A stretch of 64,000 nucleotides of DNA from Elsinoe ampelina (lineage: Eukaryota). Location of the stretch: the NCBI GenBank assembly GCA_010093995.1, contig ML992503.1:1045234-1109233 (forward strand), given 5' to 3'. Each line of letters opens with the position of its first letter. Within the stretch, counting starts at the first letter, position 1. Below the pieces are notes generated by a model. That model made no database searches. It was not told the origin of the DNA and saw nothing but the letters and a program-made list of their open reading frames with translations. Position numbers and translations under genes: made by a program. Shown in pieces: positions 60,124-64,000 of this stretch.

Positions 60124-61208
60124 GGACTTGTGCAGCTCCGCCGCAATCTTGTCCCTTTCCGGGCGGGCACAAAAGGCATGCCCAGGCAAAGAATTGTCCG
60201 TCGACGGTTGTCGGTTGTCCCCAAGCGCCGTCACCATCTGCCACCTAAACGCTCTGCATACCTTATCGGGCCTGTCGACCCAATCCACACGGCTGCCTTG
60301 ACGATAGGCGATGCATGTGAAGTCACCGTGCCCCAAATTCTAGAATGGTTCCCGCCTCCAGGCCCTGAGAGATCTACCTTCCCTGGCTCGGACCATGGCG
60401 GGATCTGGAGCATGACGAGAGTGCAATTGTTTTTGTTGACAGTACCAAGGAGATGACGTCCAGCGACCAGAAGCAGAAACTGCTCGCTCGCAAATTGACA
60501 GTTATCAAGGTCAATTTCTGACAGTCGTTCCTGGCCCGTAAGGACAGCTGGCCTTGCCCTGCTTCTCGTGATCTAAACGCGTATTGCGGCTCTCCTCTTC
60601 GCCGCACTTTATGCAGATCATACGAGGGTTGACTGCCAAGATGCAAGCCTCAGGCTGAGGCCCTGCGTACGCTAGAACGCCCATGAATAGTGTATGCGTC
60701 TTGTACATTGCGTAGCGACAGCCGCAATGCACCGACGGCTCATCATGTTGTTCTTTTAATGCTTGGCCAGCATAAGAAACCGAGGTAGCAATGTAGCTTG
60801 TGCATGTCGAGTCTAGATTTGTGCTCAAAACCGATCCCTCGGACACATATTTAAAGGTACGCGTATACAGGCCGAAAGTCTATTTTGGTTCAGCGCTCTC
60901 TTCCACAGCTTTCATATTCGAGCTCCGCATGTTCCTGTCGAGATTTTGTGTCAATGTAGAAAAGTCCCGAAGATCTCCAATCCAATGTCCGCTGACAAGT
61001 TGCATTTCTTGCATATCTTGGGACCCCATACATATGATGAAAGATGCTCTCCGTTGTTGTACGTAGGTAAGTCTCCATACAAGTGAGCACAGCTCGACGA
61101 CGACCATTCTATGCACGACTCCGCAACGGGAGGTAATCGCTTCTCATTCATGTACTCCAAAAGGTCTGATGCCCTGCCCCCTTCAGAATCTGAGAGACCC
61201 CAAATCAT

Positions 61209-62552
61209 TTACAAAGGTTTCGGAATCGACAAATCATGCTTCGTCTTCCTCCGCCAATCCAACCTCGCCGCGGACCTCAAATCATCCGCGTTGAGAATAT
61301 CCACTCCTTCCTCGATCAGCGTCCTCCAGACATAGTTCCTTAACCCAACAGGCCAGGCCGGAGTATCCCAGTACCTCGCCTGGAGACCCTGGCGGTGTGC
61401 GTCCTTGATTTGGCCCCGGATGATCTCGAGCTGGTCTTCGGTGAATTTTCCATTCGTTACCTGCCCCACGGCGTGCCGGAGTGATGTAGAGGCGTAGAAG
61501 GAGGTGCCAATATTGAAGTCTTCCGGTTTGGCGTCGTCGGTGCCTTCGCTGCCTTGGCCGCGACGGCGGTCGGTGAGGTCGGAACCGAGGGCGAGTTTGT
61601 CGAGGGGAGCGTCGAAGAAGATGTCGCGGTATGTTTCATTGGCGGTGATGAGGTTGAAAGGAGCGTTGCCTGTTGCTACGACGGTGATGGCTTGGTAGTT
61701 GGTGTGGGTGCCGTTCCAGTGGGAGAGATAGTTCTTGTCCCGCAATGGGGCAAGGTGGTCGCGGACAACAGGCCAGGTCTCCTCGCCGTCAGTCTTGAAG
61801 TCGATGAGCAGGATGAGAGTCTGGTCGGGGTCCTCATCGAAGATACCGTGGTCCACAGCACTGCCGAATTCGGTTTTCGGGTTCTGCTTCTCCAGCATTT
61901 CCAGAATGGGGTTGACATACATAGCGCTGAAGGTACGATTTCTGGTCAAAGACAAGATGTTGTGGCCGACGTATAGCTCATCGTTATCCTTGAGCCAAAC
62001 ATCGGCTTCGACGCCAGTACAGCCATAGTGAACAGCCTCGTAGAAAGGAATACGTCGCCAGTAGTCATTGTGCGAATGGCAAGGAATAGGCACTACATCT
62101 CGAGTAACATCAGTCGGATAATGCGCAATATCTTCTCCGATATGTCCAGGCTTGCCCCAGTCAGGCCAGAACTCATCCTTGTCCGGCAGACCCCACAGGA
62201 GATTCTCGCCACCAAGATGAACCCGGAGTAGGTGGATCAAGCCGAAGAAGGCCAGAATGACCACCGGAATGGTCAAGAGAGCACGCATGACCGGACTGCC
62301 AAGGCATCTCCGCTTGTTCTTTATGGCGAATTGTGGTGATCCGAGAGCTTCGCGGTAAGTCTTCCGAGTACGAGATGGCGATGGCAGAGTCGGGATGACG
62401 CGATTGAAGACGCGGCGGATACTTGACGGTGAAGAGGTCGACACAGAGTCTCTGTATGCTTCGCATTCGAAAGAGTCGCGGTCGTAAGTCTCTAGATGGG
62501 GTCCGAGCATATATGAATGCTCGCCGGTATCTGTCGGCGATCTGGGAGACAT
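61209..62552 (-). CDS. AIM6: AIM6-like PLC-like phosphodiesterase, type II membrane protein
   Basis: One transmembrane segment, then PIPCHSHNDYWR, GCTGVEADVW, LYVGH, LLIDFKT, ARYWDTP, ILNADDL motifs; intronless. Confidence 0.85.
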   Translation of the reverse strand: MSPRSPTDTGEHSYMLGPHLETYDRDSFECEAYRDSVSTSSPSSIRRVFNRVIPTLPSPSRTRKTYREALGSPQFAIKNKRRCLGSPVMRALLTIPVVILAFFGLIHLLRVHLGGENLLWGLPDKDEFWPDWGKPGHIGEDIAHYPTDVTRDVVPIPCHSHNDYWRRIPFYEAVHYGCTGVEADVWLKDNDELYVGHNILSLTRNRTFSAMYVNPILEMLEKQNPKTEFGSAVDHGIFDEDPDQTLILLIDFKTDGEETWPVVRDHLAPLRDKNYLSHWNGTHTNYQAITVVATGNAPFNLITANETYRDIFFDAPLDKLALGSDLTDRRRGQGSEGTDDAKPEDFNIGTSFYASTSLRHAVGQVTNGKFTEDQLEIIRGQIKDAHRQGLQARYWDTPAWPVGLRNYVWRTLIEEGVDILNADDLRSAARLDWRRKTKHDLSIPKPL

Positions 62553-63048
62553 GATTGAAAGGGCCAGCCAAGAGGTGGTTATAAGGTCAAGAATTTATAG
62601 AATGAAAAGAAGGTGACTGGACATCAGCATCACTTTGATCGTCCATTTGTACAGCAATCACGACAACCAGGTTAATTGCGACAGGTGTTTTCCATGTTTG
62701 ACACTTGGATGATAGGAGTGAAGACACGGAACAGCCGCGTCCCACTTTTGGTGCACAACATGCCGACAGCTGAGAATGCCAAGATACGCTAACCACTTCT
62801 GGTATTGTTCGTGAGCAATCCTGCTGACCATCTAGTTGCGCTCGACTCTTTTTGATTCATCACACATTACTAGAAACCTCCGCGAGGTCTGAACATAATA
62901 TCCGAATGCAGTCCCTGCGAATCAATTGCAATTACAGCCGTCGTACAGCACGCACTGCCCGCCTGTCCATTGAGCAACCTCGCATCGGCCATCTGCAGCA
63001 CATCTGTTTCATGTCAGCTGTGTGAATGCCCCCTGCACATACTCTGAC

Positions 63049-64000
63049 TTACTGGTTGCCGCATGAATCTACATCAATCTGATAGCATGCATACTCGTTA
63101 TAGTAGCAGATGCTGTTGTTGCTACAGTACTGCAACAATGTTAGTGGTTGCCACGCTTGGACCACTCTGATCTATACATACTGTGCCTGGGGGAGGGGGA
63201 CGCGAGTTTGAGGTGCAAGTGGGTGGTCCCGCCGGGGCTGTAGTTGTAGTAGTAGTCGTCGTTGTTGTCGTCGTAGGAGTGACGGTTACAGTCGAAGTGG
63301 AAACGGTCGTGACGGTGATGCCGGCGGTAGTGACGGTAGATATAGATGTACTAGTCACCGAAGTCGTGGTTGTCGAAGTGGTGCTCAAAGTACTGGTCGC
63401 AGTCACGAAACTGTGCTTGTCAATTCTGAACCCATGGTCTGTCGTCACGAAACATACCTGGTGGACGTGGACGTAGCTGTGCTTGTGGCCGTGACGCTGG
63501 TAGTTGTGGTCGGAGTCGTGGTGGCTGTGATAGTCGTCCTGGTCTGGAGACAGTAGCAAACATTGCCAATCACAGACGTCGCGTACGAAGCAAGTTGTGA
63601 AAACTTGCTTGCTCTAGGATCGTTGGGTCGAGTGGTGGTCGTTGTGGGTGACGCACCCACGTTGCAGGAAGCACTATAGAACTTGTAGGGCGAGGTAGGG
63701 TCCTCCCGGAAGTTGGCAGGTAGAGTCGTGGAGTATAGGTGGCATGTGTTGCGACCATAGGCGAAGGTCTTGCAATTCTTTGTCTTTGCGCAAAGTGCAG
63801 AACATGCCGCAAGACCAATGGAGCGGCTGTCAACCTGAAATGCGGTAGGTTTGTTCCTGTCATACCCAACGAGACCACAGTTCGTCTGTACGGGTGCTGC
63901 CGAGGTAGTCGACGGGGTGGTCGAAGGTGCGGTAGACGGAGTGGTCGAAGGCGTCGTGGCTGGTGTCGTGGCTGGAGTCGTGGAAGGTGCAGCTGGTGTA
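63049..64000 (-). CDS. Thr/Ser/Pro-rich, Cys-containing protein, probably extracellular or cell-wall (5' end outside window)
   Basis: Mucin-like T/P tracts with spaced Cys; introns 63411-63457 and 63130-63181 give a final exon YCSNNSICYYNEYACYQIDVDSCGNQ* with TAA at 63049-63051. Confidence 0.7.

Overview
Gene-dense DNA from a filamentous ascomycete. The evidence is short GT..CTRAC..YAG spliceosomal introns and fungal-type orthologues; I cannot assign the species. About 21 intact protein-coding genes can be reconstructed: Cdc25 Ras-GEF, a C2H2/fungal-TF-domain regulator, a 2OG-Fe(II) dioxygenase, an SR-rich orphan, a processive GT2, GH43, FBA1, a vWA Pro/Gln/Gly protein, DOT1, a DUF1264-like protein, GST, LCB2, CTU2/NCS2, a GTPBP1-like GTPase, a DUF4449-like protein, an LDB19/ART1 arrestin, MOD5, CAF16, a PDR ABC transporter, AIM6 and a partial Thr-rich protein. 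Two regions look like pseudogene relics. No rRNA, tRNA, CRISPR array or intact transposon was recognised. The most unusual signals are: (1) at least seven ~0.5-1.2 kb islands where strand composition flips from C/A-rich to G/T-rich around a GC-rich core, overriding synonymous codon choice and coinciding with longer introns and low-complexity protein insertions; (2) a dispersed family of short inverted repeats built on CTGGTAG...CTACCAG; (3) an apparent alternative first exon nested in an intron of the vWA gene; (4) dual in-frame ATGs in MOD5; (5) paired CGGCGG-N10-CCG sites upstream of the PDR transporter. All gene models and names come from reading the sequence by eye, without database searches.
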